Shown here piece after piece: positions 24,201 through 39,200 of a stretch of 64,000 nucleotides of DNA. Below the pieces are notes generated by a model, which saw only the letters and a program-made list of their open reading frames with translations, did not search any database and was not told the origin of the DNA. Positions within the stretch are counted from its first letter, which is position 1. Each line of letters opens with the position of its first letter. This stretch comes from Squalus acanthias (lineage: Eukaryota), in assembly GCA_030390025.1 (NCBI GenBank), contig CM059438.1, positions 20,522,001 to 20,586,000 of the forward strand, written 5' to 3'. A program made the position numbers and the translations under genes.

Positions 24201-27200
24201 TTGTGTTGCTGTATTCCGTCACTGATTATCAAAATATCCACTGTGAAAACACTGAATCATTCAGCTAGTGCGGAAAATGAAAACGAGATTCTCCAAAAAA
24301 AAGCTGTCATGCCATTGTATAATTCTGTAGCCCAGTTGAACACCAGTGTACCCTGGCACAGTGTGAGGGGTTGTGGAGCAAGGAGAAGAGAAAGATTAAA
24401 AGGGACATTTTCTGCTTCTGTGGTTCCAGCAGGGAACATTTCCAGGGGACCCGGAGTGACAACAAAGTCTCCTCTTGGCTACTATCCCTGACCCCGTGAA
24501 CTTTAACAGGGTTCGTGGCAGATTTCACTGGGGGCGCAGTCCCAGTGAAACTGACGGATATCACCTTCTTGAGGATTTTCCTGGCCATTGCTTTTTCTTG
24601 AATGATTCTCAAAAGGATTGCGCACAGTTTGAGGCTTGAATAGTTATGAAAAATATTAATTATGGCTTTGTTTTTATTATTTTGACAGGCATTCAACCAA
24701 CTACACCAACAGGTACTCAAACATATCCTCAAACTAACCTTAAATCCTCTCCAGACTGCAGATACTGGTGTTCGTGTATTGGCAGGTAGCACAGGGCATC
24801 TTTTCTGCAGCATGAAGTGCTTGGCACCCCTCCGTAGGTCCGCCTCTTCTTCCAAACATGTCTGATAGGGGATTCCCTTTGTTGAAACCTGTTGGTACCA
24901 CTAATGGTGCTGGGGAAAAGGAGAAGTAATTTACAATAGGTGGCACAAAGGCGTATCAGACCCATTCCAAATGGGCATAATTATTGTATTACATCTTGTC
25001 GACGAGGACAGTGGGAGATCTTGTGCACGATGAGCACGTCCCCAAAATAATATTGAAATAAAGCATTTGCCGTTTGGAAACTACAATTGGCCATCTGACA
25101 AAAGGAGCCGGTGGGACCTCCCTCTCACCCTTTCTAGGGGTGAAGGGGGGTGGAAACCGGTACTCACCCAGACTGGCAATCTTCCACCAGCGTCTGAGGC
25201 GGGGTGGGGGTGGTGGGAGTGGTTTGCCTGCTTTTTTCTCTACCCCTTCCTCCACCCCGCGAACTTCAGCAGGGTCAGCGGCAGAACTCAGTGGTGGGCA
25301 CGATGCCAATGCAACAACCGGGTAGCACCTCACTGGGGAATTTCTTGGGCATTTCTCTTTCTTTAATGCTTTTCAAAAAGATTGAACCAAGTTTGAGGCT
25401 CGAACAGTTATGAAAAATATTCTGTTTCTTTATGCCTTGATTTTTATTATTTTGAAAGACGCTACTGTTGTGTTGGGACTGTGATATGTGGGATTTTGTG
25501 AACAGTGAGACACTCCGACACATAAGGGATGGGGAGGGTTTGCTGGACAGTTTTCTCCAGAGTACAGTCACACCTCAGAAGAAAGCACAGGTGCCAGAAG
25601 GGGAGAGTGTGATTGTCAGTCAGCAGGCTAGGAGGAACCGAGGGGGGATAGAGGAGGATTTCCCACAGACTCTGATCCTGTCCAATAGGTACAATGTACT
25701 TGATACATGTGAGGATAAGGAGAAAGACTGTGGGGAAGGACAGCCACAATGCTGACCAAGGCATCGTGGGGCATGAGACTGTCCTAAGGGGGGAGGAGCA
25801 GAATAGAAATGTAGCAGTTATAGGGGATTCAATAATTAGTGGGATCGATAGCATCCTCTGCAGCCACGATCGAAAGTCCCGTAGGGTGTGTTGCCTACCT
25901 GGTGCCAGGGTAAGGGATATCTCTTTTCGGCTGGAAACGAATTTGGAAAGGGAGGGGGAAGATCCAGTTGTCATGGTCCATATCGGGATCAATGAAATAG
26001 AGAAGAAAAGGGAGGAGGTTCTGCCGAGGGCGTATCGGGAGTTAGGAGGTAAATTAAAAAGCAGGACCTCAAGAGTGGTAATCTCAGGATTATTACCCGA
26101 GCCACATGTTAATTGACATAGGGACAAACAGATCCGGAAGGTGAACATGTAGCTAAAGGTGTGGTGTGAGAAGGAGGAGTTCCATTTCATGAGACACTGA
26201 CACCAGTCTGGGTACAAGGTCCGAGCGAAATGTATAACTAGGGTGGGAAAAAGGACTTTAAACTAATAAATGGGGGGAGAGGGCTTAGTCAGAAACAATT
26301 ATAAAAATGATAGTTTAAAGATTTGAAAAAAGGATAAGAGCAGAGATCAGGTCACAAACAGTGATATAGATACTCCAGGTGAAGGGAATACTAAAATAAC
26401 TAAAGTAGTTACAGCAGCAGTGACAAACAAGAAATGTGTTAAGTTAAACGGTGTGAGAAAGGCAGCATCAGGGCAGAAGGACAGGTCCATTGCCCAAATA
26501 GGAGTTTTATAACGCATGGAGTATAAGAAATAAATTGAGTGATTTAGAGGCTAAAATACAGCTTAGAGGGTATGACAGGGTGGCCATTACAGAGACATAG
26601 CTGAAAGCTGGTCATGATTAGGAGTTAAATTTTCCAGGTTATAAGGTCTTTAGAATGGATAGGGAAACTGGAAGAGGAGGAGGTGTAACCTTATTGATTA
26701 AAGATACTATTACAACATTAGTATGAGAGGATACAGGTAACGGAAAGCAATCAGTGGAGACTATGGTTAGAATTGAGGAATAAGAGAGGACTTAAGTCTA
26801 CAGACCTCATGATAGCAGCAGTGAAATGGCAGAATGTATTAATTCAGAGATTCGAGGCTAAGAGAGAGATTTGCCCATCACCCCTGTGCTCGCTGACCTA
26901 CATTGGCTCCTGGTTAAGCAGTGCCTCGATTTCAAAATTCTCATCCTTGTTTTCAAATCCCTCCATGGCCTCGCCCCTCCCTATCTCTGTAATCTCCTCC
27001 AGCCCCACAACCCCCCGAGATATCTGCGCTCCACTAATTTTGCCCTCTTGAGGATCCCTGATTATAATCGCTCAACCTTTGGTGGCCGTGCCTTCTGTTG
27101 CCTAGGCCCTAAGCTCTGGAATTCCCTGCCTAAACCTCTCCGCCTCGCTACCTCACTTTCCTCCTTTAAGACGCTCCTTAAAACCTACCTCTTTGACCAA

Positions 27201-30200
27201 GCTTTTGGTCACCTGCCCTAATTTCTCCTTATGTGGCTCGGTGTCAATTTTTTTGTCTTAAAATACTCCTGTGCAGCGCCTTGGGACGTTTTACTATGTT
27301 AAAGGCGCTATATAAATACAAGTTGTTGTTGTTGTTGTTGCTTGTAGCAAAAGCAAAGTTGTTTTAATGGGAGACTTTAATTTTCATACAGATTGGGAAG
27401 AGCAGAGTAACCCAAGTTAGAAAGGTAGTGGATTTCTTGAGTGCATTCAAGATAGTTTTCTGGAGCAATATGTTCTAGAACCAACAAGAGGGCAGGCCAT
27501 ACCAGATTTAGTAATGAGCCAGACTTGGTTAATAATCTAACAGTAAGGGAACATTTATCTAAAAGTGATCATAATATGATCGAATTCAGTGTTCAGTTTG
27601 AAAAGAAGAAACTTAACACAATTACTAAGATTCTAGATTTTGGTGAAGCGAACTTCAACGGGATGAGACAGAGACTGACGACAGTAAACTGGTTAAAACT
27701 GTTATCGGGTAAAACTACAGATGAGCAGTTGGGGGGGGGGGGGGTTCAAAAAATAATTTAGCTTAATACAGGACCAATATATATTCAATTCCAGAAGAAA
27801 TTCGATAAGGTTCCGCATAAGAGACTGCTAGCTAAACTTAAAGCTCATGGAATTGAAGGCAAATTATTGACTTGGTTAGGAGATTGGTTAGGCGGTAGAA
27901 TACGGAGAGTAGGGATAATGGGTATGTACTCGAATTGAAAGGAAGTGACGAGTGGTGTCCCACAAGGATCTGTGCTGGGGCCACAGCTATTCACTATATT
28001 TATTAATGACGTAGATAACATAATAGACAGCCATATATCATAGTTTGTCGATGACACAAAGATTAGTGGTATAGTAAGTGTAGACGGGAGCATAAAATTA
28101 CAAAGAGACATTGATAGATTAAGTGAGTGGGCGAAACTATGGCAGATGGATTTCAACGCAGGTAAGTGTGAGACCATCCATTTTGGACCAAAAAAGGATA
28201 GATCTGAGTATTATTCAAATGATGAAAAGCTAGGAACAGTGGAAGTCCAAAGAGATTTAGGGGTCCATGTACACAGATCACTAAAATGTAGTAGTTAGGT
28301 ACAGAAAATAATGGAATGTTAGCCTTTATAACTAGAGGGCTAGAATATAAAGGCGAGGAAGTCTTGCTACAGCTGTACAAAGCCCTGGTTAGACCTCATC
28401 TGGAGTACTGTGTACAGTTCTGGGCACCACACCTTAGAAAGGATATATTGGCCTTGGAAGGAGGGCAGTGCAGATTCACCAGAAGGTTACCAGGTCTCCG
28501 AGGGTTAGATTATGAGGAGAGATTACATAAACTAGGCTTGTATTCCCTGGAATATAAAAGATTAAGGGGTGATTTAGTTCAGGTATTTAGGATTTTAAAA
28601 GGAATTGATAGGGTAGGTAGAGAGAAATTTTTTCCGCTGGTGGGGAGTCTAGGACAAGGGGACATAACCTTAAAATCAGAGCCAGGCCATTCAGGAGAGA
28701 AGTTAGGAAACACTTCTTCAAACAAAGGGTGGTAGAAATGTGGAACTCTCTCCCACCAAAAGCAGTAGATGCTAGCTCAATTAATAATTTTAAATCTGAG
28801 ATCGATAGATTTTTGCTAGGCAAGGGTATAAAAAGATATGGAGCCAAGTCAGGTGGATGGAGATAAGACACAGATCAGCCATGATCTCATTGAATGGCGG
28901 AACAGGCTTGAGGGGCTGAATGGCCTACTCCTGTTCCTATCTTCCTATGTACACTAACACAGACAACAGGTACAGAAAATGTCCTCAAGTGAATATATTG
29001 ATCCACTTTAGAATGATAAAAGTTCATTACATTTATTTTAAAATTGTATTATTCAACCCTGTTTGCAATAAAATTAATTTCAGATCTAACCTAACATTTA
29101 CTGTATAACAGGCTCATGCAGATACAACTGTGGGGGATATCCATCAGGTTGTTCCTGTGATTACAACTGTGATTATTATGGCAACTGTTGCCCTGACTTC
29201 TGTGACCACTGTTCTTACATAAATTATGGTAAGAGAACTTTCAGAAAATAAACTAATATTTAAATGTATGTTAAAGTTAACAAATAAAATGATAAAAAGA
29301 CTGTCAGAATTACCAATGGGACTTTATTGAAGAGTATTGCTCATACTGAGTATCAGTGTGGCTGAGTCCTGATGATGTGAGATATTTTTCTGCAGTGTAT
29401 AATGTGATCCCTGAGATTATTGTCAGGACAGGTCTGTTCTGTACTCCTTCAAATGTTAAAACCCAGTCAATCTGAAATACAGTAACTCAGTTCAGTTCCA
29501 GGTGTCCAACCTTTGTGTCATTTCCTTCAACGTGTTGAGTTTGTTCTCATGCTTCACCGCTTTGGACAGTGTTTGTGGTGAGGTTAATCGCAGTAAGAAA
29601 GGAGAGATCACCAGTGAGTGGGAGGAGGTAAATGCTGACAGTTTCACGCAACATTTTGCAGGGATGTGTTATATTCTGAGATATTTACAAAAAATGTGCA
29701 ACTCCCTGATCCATTAAATGTGTAGTAACATGCATGGAAAAATAGCAAATAGAATGTTTCTAGACTGCATTAATAATAAAGCAAATTGTATCACGATATA
29801 GTAAGCTTAAATTAAATTTGATTCATGTCACAAAATACTACAATTAAGTGAAGCATATTTGCATGCGGCCCTCGGCAGGAGCTCCCATATTTGGCTGAGG
29901 CCCTTGGGCACAGACCCTGTGGGCCCGTGTGTTAATCCGCCCCTGGCAATACGTACAGTTTATAATCAAAAGGCCAAATACTTTTTTTCAATGCAGACCA
30001 TATTCCAGCATTTTAAAAATACTAAGGGAATCAATATAGTTGTTGTGGATGCTCTTTATGTGTTATACCTGGAGAATAGAGTTAATGTGCTTGAATCACA
30101 TCTAAGGGACTCACAACTAAACTCTGACTGGATGACAGCAGAGTTTGGGCTGATAACATCTGGAATAGAATACGGCCTAGTTTACTGAATAGTACACTGG

Positions 30201-33200
30201 CTAGAAGTATTCAAAACTGAACTGGACATAGTACTGATTTAACAGGGAGTAAAGAGACACAGGCTTGAGATTAAGCAAGAAGGAGATGCAACTTGTCCAA
30301 ACAGGTCCGCGACTTGTTGATGATGTCATAAACACAATGGAATGATTTTCTATGTTTGCAATTTGTAGTAAAATCCATCCATGTTCCAAAAGATGTTTAT
30401 TATTCTGCTACAAATAGCAATCAGAGGATTTCTTCCACTATGAATGAAATGTCACAAACACATAGTGACCTGAGGAAATCTTTGCCGAGGATGAGCTAGA
30501 TTGAATAACCAAAATGAGATTTCCTTTTATAAAAAAGTCATTTTAATTAAGTGTTAAATTAATATTTCAATGAGAATGAATGTAAGAGAATTCTTCAAAG
30601 CAAATAAACTGAATTTGTTCCTCTACAGGATACTGCGGTGTTACTACTACTATGGGTCAGTAATATTCAAATTCATCCTTTTTAAAAATTTGTTGGTTTG
30701 TACATTTGCTGACCCTTTATAAAGCAACGATTAATCTTAATGGCTGTGCTCAGAGAATCACATTGTTGATTTGATAAAGTCTTTGTATACTTCTGCCTAA
30801 AGTCTACATGTTATTGACATAGCTAAGCAGTGTGTTCTACATTGTACTATTTTGATGCTGTTTTATTGCAATGTTAATTAGCTCTAACATTCTTATAATG
30901 TAATCTGTATTGTTCATCGAAGAATAAGATTCCAGCATTGTATTTACATGGAAAATGTGAAATCAAACAAGATATCTGAACGTTCAGATTGTTATGTTCC
31001 AACACATTGTTCCTTGAGCAGAACATGAATAATCTTTATATCATTTTGTGGCTACAGGGATTGCTGTAATTGATGAGAAATTGTTTTTTCTATGGCCTTC
31101 AATAGAAGAAAATGGCAAAGTTCTCTTCCTTTCAATATTTGTGTTGCTATGTTCTGTCACTGATTATCAAAATATCCACTGTGTAAACACAGAATCATTC
31201 AGCTAGTGCGGAAAATGAAAGCAAGATTCTCCAAGATAACTGAGAAAAAAAATGTCATGTCATTGCGTAATTTTCCAGCCTATAATTTTTCTAATAATTA
31301 TCGGTGATACAAGAATAATCACCAGTGCACCATGGCATTGTGTGAGGGGTTGTGGAGCAGCAGATGAGAAAGGTTAAAGGGGACATTTTCTGCTTCTGTG
31401 GTTCCAGCGCGGAACATTCCCAGGGGCCCCGGAGACGCACTCCAGCTCTCCCCTGGTCTGGCAATCTTCCACCAATGTTTCCAGCATCTTTGCGAGAGGC
31501 AGGCTCCTCTTGCCCACTATCTCTGACCCCGTGAACTTTAGCAGGGTCAGCGGCAGAATTCACTGGTAGGCGCAATTCCAACGTAACTCCCGGATATCAA
31601 GCTCCTGAGCAATTTCCTGGCTGATTTTTCTTTATAGCTTCTCAAAAGGATTGCTCAAAGTTTAAGGCTTTAATAGGTATGACAAATATTCTGTTTATTT
31701 ATGTCTTTATTGTTATTATATTGACAAGACGTTTTTACAACAATACAGAACCAGACAGAGGAAATATTCACAAACTAACACTAAATCGTTGCCAGATTAT
31801 ACTGTGTGGGTCAGAGCTAGAGCTGCTCTCAGCTCCTGTGTTTTATACCCAGAGACTCAGAAGCTGATTCTGGATATAAATAAAATACATCAGACATCTC
31901 ATTAATGTTGTTAAAGTACATATTTTCTGCAACTACTAAATAATTCAAATCTCTTCACAATAGCATGAGCAGTTATAGCAAATAATAAACACGTTGGCGG
32001 TTGTTTACGTCAGACTCACTAACTCAGTGGTTCCTGGTCCCCATGCCTCAGTCAAGACACAGCATAACACCAGCGGAGGGTGGCCTGGTCTCACTACCAT
32101 TTGGCGGAAGTGGTGCCCACTTGGGGGTTTAGGACAGAATCAGGGCCCAGACCACTGAAGATGAAGAGGGACAATTTTTATTTTTAAGAGAACAACAATT
32201 GGCCATCTGACAAAAGGTCCTCCCTCTCACCCTTTCTAGGAGTGAGTGGAAACCAGGACCGGTAACCTTGGGCCAGCATTTGCAGCATCTTTGGCAGGGG
32301 AAGTGGGTGGGGGTGGTGTTTATGCCTGTTCTGTAGGGTCAGCGGAAGAATTCACTGGGGGCACGATCCCAGCGCAACAGCCGGATATTACCTCCCTGGG
32401 GAACTTCCTGGGCACTTTTCTTTCTTTAATGCTTTTCTAAAAGATTGAACAAAATTTGAGTCTTGAACAGTTATGAAGAATACTCTGTTTAACTATACAT
32501 TTGTTTTTATTACTTTGACAGAAGCTACTACAGCAATAGAGACATATCAGCAAATTGCACGTGTGAAAACCCCAATTTTCTGATAGTGGGGCAGGACTCA
32601 GGCCCAAGCGTGCAGACGGGAAATTTTATACCAAAATATTATAGTTAGGAAAAGTAATACTGATGCTCTTGGCAAAAACCATGCTCCATTTCTCCATTTG
32701 GTTCCCTGACGATGACCAGTATTAAGTTTTATTCCACTATGGCTCTCAGCTCATCCAATCTCTGGACACCACTAAGTCCTTTACATTAGAATAGCTTTGG
32801 CAGGCTTAAACAGACTCATCTGAAATTGTGCTATTTGAACCCAATTTCTCTAGGTCAGCATATTAGCATCACTTAAAGTGCAGATTTGGACTGGTCTTGG
32901 GAACACATCAGTGATGGGAACAGGAAGTTGCTTATAAGTAAAACTTAAAGGGGTGGGGACAACTCAAGGAGAGTGTCATGATAGGGTGACAACAATTATG
33001 AAACCCTTTGGAGAGCCACAGAAGGCATCTCAATGCATGAGTAGGCTTTGCCAAGGCTGAAGGGGCAAGAGACTTAAACCAGACAAGCAAAGGTGAAGTG
33101 ATAGGCAACCCACAGGATGAGTCATCCGACAAGAGAGGAACCAGCCCAACATCTGACCCCCTGCTTGACCGCTAAATTAGAGGTGGTGCTAAGTGAGATG

Positions 33201-36200
33201 GTTGCAAGGACTGTGGATCCCTGTGCCAGTCCATGACACTATCCTCATGCATCAGCTTTGCAGCATGTCTGCAAGGACATAGAGCAGTGTTTAAAGCCAT
33301 AGCTGACCATTACTGTCACTGAATGTGACCGCGTTATATGGCTTGGGAGCTGCAGGAGTTTTTGCAGCTGATGACACAGCTCTGCATTTGGCTCTTTGCT
33401 GACCCAGACCTTGAAAAGACAGTTCTCCATGGTCATTGCCAGGTAGGTGTGTCAGGGCCTGCAGAAAAAGTTGCTAACATCTTGGCAGCTGCACACAATC
33501 AAATCATCTTTGACAAAAGGAGGCAGTGGGCCCTGCATCTTACCCTTTCTGGGGGAGTGGGTAAACAAGCATTCACCTGGCTGTGCAACCTTCCACCAGT
33601 CAGATATCACATTGCTGAGGAATTTCATAGCCACTGTTTTTTGTTGAGTGCTTTTCAAAGATATTCAGCAAAGTTTGAGGCTTGAATAATTATGATTAAT
33701 ATTCCATTTAATTATGGCTTTCTTTTTATTATTGTGACAGGTGAAACAACAGCAAACCCAACAGGTACTAAACATGTTCTCAAACTAACATTAGGGCTGG
33801 ATTTTGATACTGGGGCGGGTTGGGGTCGTGTCATCCGCATTTCGTGCATTCCACCCGACTGGAATTGGATGTGGGAGATTGATGGAATTTTCACCTAATT
33901 GGGCAATTGAGTTTCAGCACGTGGGAACCCATGAACCAATTAGTGGTTTCAGTCTGAAAGTTGCTTCTGATGATGTCATCATTGCTGCTGCATTGAAGGT
34001 CAGAGACTGCCTGGCCTTTGCTGTGAGAGGATGCAAAATGAGGAGTCAGAGAGAGAGAATTTTTTTTTTCCATCCAGGTCCTCTCACAACAAAGGCCAGG
34101 CAGTCTTTGAAAACATTCAATGCAGCAGCATCAGAGGCGACTTTCAGACCTAATACTACTACTGCCTTCATCACATCTCCGTTGTAATAGTGGACCTGCA
34201 GCTGATAGTCAGCTATCCAAATGTGCTCCCGCCAGGTTTCACAATCGTGGTTCAGAACAGGCGTGCTTCACGTAGATCAAGGGTTAAAATCACAAAGGCC
34301 TTTCAAAATGGCATTATAGAGCCAATTTAGTGCTTGTTAAGGGCCTTAACAACCTATCCCGTCTCTTAAAGGCGGGACGGAGTCGAGACCAGCAGACACG
34401 ATTTAATGAAAATTGCGTGGAGGCGGGATGGAGGCGGACTTGTGCCCGCCTGCCAGTTTTTGCAATTTTAACCCCCCACACGCCTCCAAACCCGCCTCCA
34501 CGGGTCAATGAAAATCCAGCCCAAAGCCATTCTTAGAGTGCGATAGATGACTCCGTAACACAGATTTTATTGAATATTTTCCTTCCAAAGATCTCAACAT
34601 GACCTCCCATTTCATGAAAACTGTGACTTGTGATTGGGGACAGTTACGTACACAGCAGCCACTCTTCATCTGTGAGCCTGAAGTGTTGGTGGGCTTCTCA
34701 ACAATAGGACCATTATAGTCAACAGTTTGACATGATTGAACAATGAAAATTTGACAATAATGGGGGCAGATTAAATATCCAAAGTCCAAATACTAGTAAT
34801 GTTGCAAATGTTAGTAGGAGAATTATCTTTGAAATTCCCTTTAAAATACAGAAGCTGAATGGTCTGTACAAAAGTAACAAAAAGTAACAAGTCATTGAAG
34901 AATAGGCACAGTAGACTGGATTTGATTAGAAGTGTCACACTGCTGCAAAATTTCAGTTCTTCCAGTGTCAAATATTAACATTCGTACCTAATAATCACAA
35001 AGTTCACTGTTTTATGAACGAGGGCAAAAATTCCAAACATTGATATTTAGAACACTTTCTGCAACCAGCCTCCCAGAATCAAATTCTTATGTAAACTTGT
35101 ATTATTGATTGATACATATGAGAATATATATCTGCCTCCAGCAAAAGATCCGCAAGTTTATTCAGTAAGTAGCTGAGCCTTACAAAGAGGAAATTCCCAG
35201 TTGGGTTAGCGGGTCTCAGCCAGAGCAATGTTAAGGGTGCTACAATTGGCCTCAGTGCCCAGATTAGAAAGGGAGGTAAAGAGCAGGTCCAATCAGGGTT
35301 CCCACTTCTGATTGCAGTCTAGTCACTGCCATTGCTGAAATCCGTATCAGGCTCAGCTGTGATGCCCCAACAGTTAACCTGTGAACATTCACTGTCAAGG
35401 CTCACATAAGACCAACAGTCACTTAAGCAAGGTACTAGAGGGTGGCTGCCAGCTGTGGAACCTTATTCCAACAAGGATTAAATGGGTTCAAGAGAGAAAG
35501 TGAGGGTGAGGAAAGGAAAATTGACAAAGAATATTGGTAGGGGGGAAAGAAAGAAAATGGTTGTTCTTTTGCCATGTATTGCCCCACCTGAACTTATCCA
35601 TGTCCTTACTGTTAATAGGTGGATCTTGTGGAGGGTATCTTGAAGGTTCCCATGGGTCTGTCAGCAGTCCAGGTTATCCATACTCCTATCCAAATAATGC
35701 ACGGTGCACTTGGTACATAAGAGTGGACAGAAATCAAACAATAAAGCTGGAATTTACTGACATTAGGTAGGTAAAAATGTTTCCTCTTTCATATTTTAAT
35801 GTAAATAATGGCAGGAGTATTTGGTGTCAATTAACTATTGCTGATAGATTCACTTAAATTACAACAAGGGCGGGGACCAATAATTTGATGTTGAGTGCCA
35901 GAAGTGCTGGGCTAGGATCACATTATTGGCCCCTCGGCGCATCCTTTTAAACTGAAATATACCCACAGCAAGACAGCAAGGAGGTAGTCTCCATTTTGTC
36001 TACAAAAAACAGTATTATAGAAATCTGTGATGTCAGTTTACACAAGAAACACCACCCAGAGCTAACTGATGCATCTGATGATCTTTCTCTGGCCGGCTGA
36101 TACCCAGCTGAATCGAGATCAGCATGCTTCCTGGTCCCAGATGCCGATTCTGCCACCTGATCACAACTCAAATCTTCAATATCAGTCAAGGTTCAAAAAT

Positions 36201-39200
36201 CAATCCATGTTCAGCTTTTGAGTTTTGTTTTTCATCCAGAGTCGACATTCAGTTAAGAAACGCAGCTCACTGCCCAGCTAAATGATCTTCAACTGGTGAT
36301 GGACAGGAAGATTAACAGTTATTGGTTTAATATGTAATCCTGTAAAGTCAAAACAGTAAAGAGTTTCAACATAATGCCTGATTCAGTCTCCACACCAATT
36401 CTTCCTACTTCATTGAATCTTTGAGTAACCTTTCCAGGGTGAAACGGGGAAATGGTTGGGAGCAATGACCAATGTTTTTGGACGTCAAAACAGAGGTGAC
36501 AATTAGTCTTGGGTCGGTTCACCGTCACAATATTTAATGAGCATTCTTTCCTAAATGTGTTCCCAGAAACTACAGTCATTTTAGAGATTTTTCAGAAGTC
36601 ACTTTCTTACTACAGAATTTTCCACCAGTCCCTCTCATGTTAGATTGTGGAGAAATTGCAAATTATTCCAATCTCGCTATTTCTAACATTCTTACACTGG
36701 TTATATAACATTCAAGGCCATTAAAATCTGTGACCCTTTCAGTGTATTCTTGCGATAACTTCAATGGAAGTCCATTAGAAGGGACAAAATTAAGATCAGG
36801 ACTCGCCACATCAGGACTTCTTGTTTTTCCAGTCCTCAGAGGAACCCGGTATCGATGAGACCTGCATACCTCGATGAACCGGTGGAAATGGGGGAAAATT
36901 GGGGTCCAGCCTGGGATTGTGGGCTGGACCCCTGAAGGAAAAAATATTTTTTGAAGGAATTATTTCAAAGCAGTCCCTTAGGAGCCAGAGAAGAATGGCA
37001 GGACTTATGCTGGGAATTTCCTCAGGGTCTCCCAATTTGCTGCCATAACTGTGATTGAAAACTGTTTGCTCGGTCCTCCCGATGATCCTGCATATCTTCT
37101 GCTGAAGTTACAGGAATTCCTCGCATTAATTCTTAAGTTATGAAGACAACTCACAGAATCAAACTAGGACTTACTCGAGAAAATATCAAAGGGGCACAAT
37201 TCAGGATGTACGGAAGCTATGTAATTTGAATTGGGAGCAGAAGTGCTGAGGAAATGTGTTAAAAATTATTATATATGGGAAGAAAGCATCCAGGGCTGAC
37301 CAATGGAAGTTGAAACTAGATAGATATTCAAGTATATGCTTGCTAACCTTGAAAAGTTGGGAGAGAAATTTTACAAGTAAATTTGTTAGAGTCTGTGCTA
37401 AGGCAAATTATGCTACATCGGTTGAAAGAATGGTGGATGGATTGAGTAGCCTATACTTGTCCAATATTTTCTCATGTTCTTTGTTTAGGTCCTGAAATGC
37501 CTTCTAATGGTGCTTATACATGCAGACATATTTATAATTGTCTGATTTATTAAGTAAGTTGTTAAAAGAAATTGATGACTGTGAAATTAATTTTCAAACT
37601 ATGCTCATTTTCTTGACAGCCTGGAAGTTACATCAACTTGCTCGTATGATTATATTGCAATATACAATGGGCCTTCAACATATTATCCTTTGCTTTCAAA
37701 AATCTGTAATGGAACAAATCAGACATTTACATCATCGTCCAACAGTATGACAATATTTTTTAGCTCTGATTCCAGTGTAACTAGACGTGGATTTACTGCA
37801 AACTACTACTCTCTGCCAATCAATGATGGTGAGCTTTGTTACACTTCTTGTCTCAAAATTGCAATGTACTTTAAACTAGAAGAATTGTAGAGAAATTAGG
37901 AATGGATGCATTTTTCACATTTAAATTGCTATTAAAAAGGCCGTATCATTATGTTTCACTATAAATGTAGCCAAAAAGTTTAAGGAAGATTTTCAACTGA
38001 ACACCCGGGCATAAAAAGGCCTTGTATATTGCTACTCATTACAGAAACCACTTGATTTGCTTTTCCATTGATTTCAGCCAATCGCAATGCCAGTTTAACT
38101 CATTGGCGGCAAGTTGAAAATCTACCCAACGTTTTCAAAGTAGTTGTGGTCACGTTTTATCTTTTCATGTGAACAGTCTTCATGGGGTGGTTCTTGGTTT
38201 ACTCAGGAAGCTAGATTAAGAAGGTATATACTCCAAGTAAAGGCTGACGTACGAACATGAGTTTTTATATTTGAGATTCTCCAAGGTAACTAGGAAAAAA
38301 AGTCATGTCATTGCGTAATTTTTTAGCCTAGCTCAATAATCATGTCATTTTTCCAATAATTATCGGTGATACAAGAATAATCACCAGTGCACCATGGCAT
38401 TGTGTGAGGGGTTGTGGAGCAGAAGATGAGAAAGGTAAAAGGGGACATTTTCTGCTTCCGTGGTTCCAGTGCGGAACATTCCCAGGGGCCCCGGAGACGC
38501 ACTCCAGCTCTCCCCTGGTCTGGCAATCTTCCACCAATGTTTCCAGCATCTTTGCGAGAGGCAGGCTCCTCTTGCCCACTATCTCTGACCCCGTGAACTT
38601 TAGCAGGGTCAGCAGCAGAATTCACTGGTAGGCGCAATTCCAACGTAACTCCCGGATATCAAGCTCCTGAGCAATTTCCTGGCTGTTGTTTTTTCTTTAT
38701 AGATTCTCATGAAGGGCTCTCCCGTTGATGATTTTTTAAGATTTTTTAATTTTTTAACTGCAGAGGTTGAAGAAGAATGCCCATCACTACCTTCTCAAGG
38801 GTGACTAGGGTTGGGCACTAAATGCTGGTCTTGCCAGCAATGTTCACATCTGAAGAATAGATTGAATAAATGTTGCATGTTACTCCTTGCCTGACTGGGG
38901 TAGATATTCCACGCCCCCCCCCCCCCCCCACCCCCCGATCTTCAGGTCCACTGACTTCAATGGAACAGAATATCAGGCGGGGCCTTTAACAAGCAGCCCA
39001 TGTGATACCATCCATTTTGCGATATCCCAAAGGCGAATTCATAACCCACAGTCTCTGCCAACACTACACTTACAGGCTGCTGTGAGTTGTGGGGAAGACT
39101 CCCAGAGTGACCCTCATTCTGATTTTCCATCCTTTCAAGTTGATGCAAATGGTGCCCTCTGCTCTGTGCTTCCCCTGGACTCAGCACCTCCTCACAGATC

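Larger units (their letters stand above)
7430..31700 (+). repeat. Older tandem array of linker-SMB-Cys micro-exon units (about 7430-13800, 13800-17650, 17650-24500, 24500-31700)
   Basis: The same intronic blocks recur in the same order, for example ...ccccgtgaactttagcag... at about 7535, 13905, 17755, 24490 and 31525. Units differ by TE insertions and deletions. Confidence 0.9.

Noticed and set aside
25462-26217. 251-aa minus-strand ORF
   Set aside because: Antisense shadow of CR1 ORF1.
31725-31775. Linker-exon-like sequence ttgacaag|ACGTTTTTACAAC...
   Set aside because: Homologous context, but there is no GT donor at the expected place; treated as a decayed copy.
32522-32550. Linker-exon-like sequence tttgacag|AAGCTACTACAGCAATAGAG...
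   Set aside because: Good acceptor and an EATTAIET peptide, but no GT donor. The possible GC donor gives 28 nt, out of frame.
35120-35534. Segment present in duplicate A but absent from B, possibly a tRNA-derived SINE
   Set aside because: A and B boxes and a TSD could not be identified with confidence; it could equally be a deletion in B.
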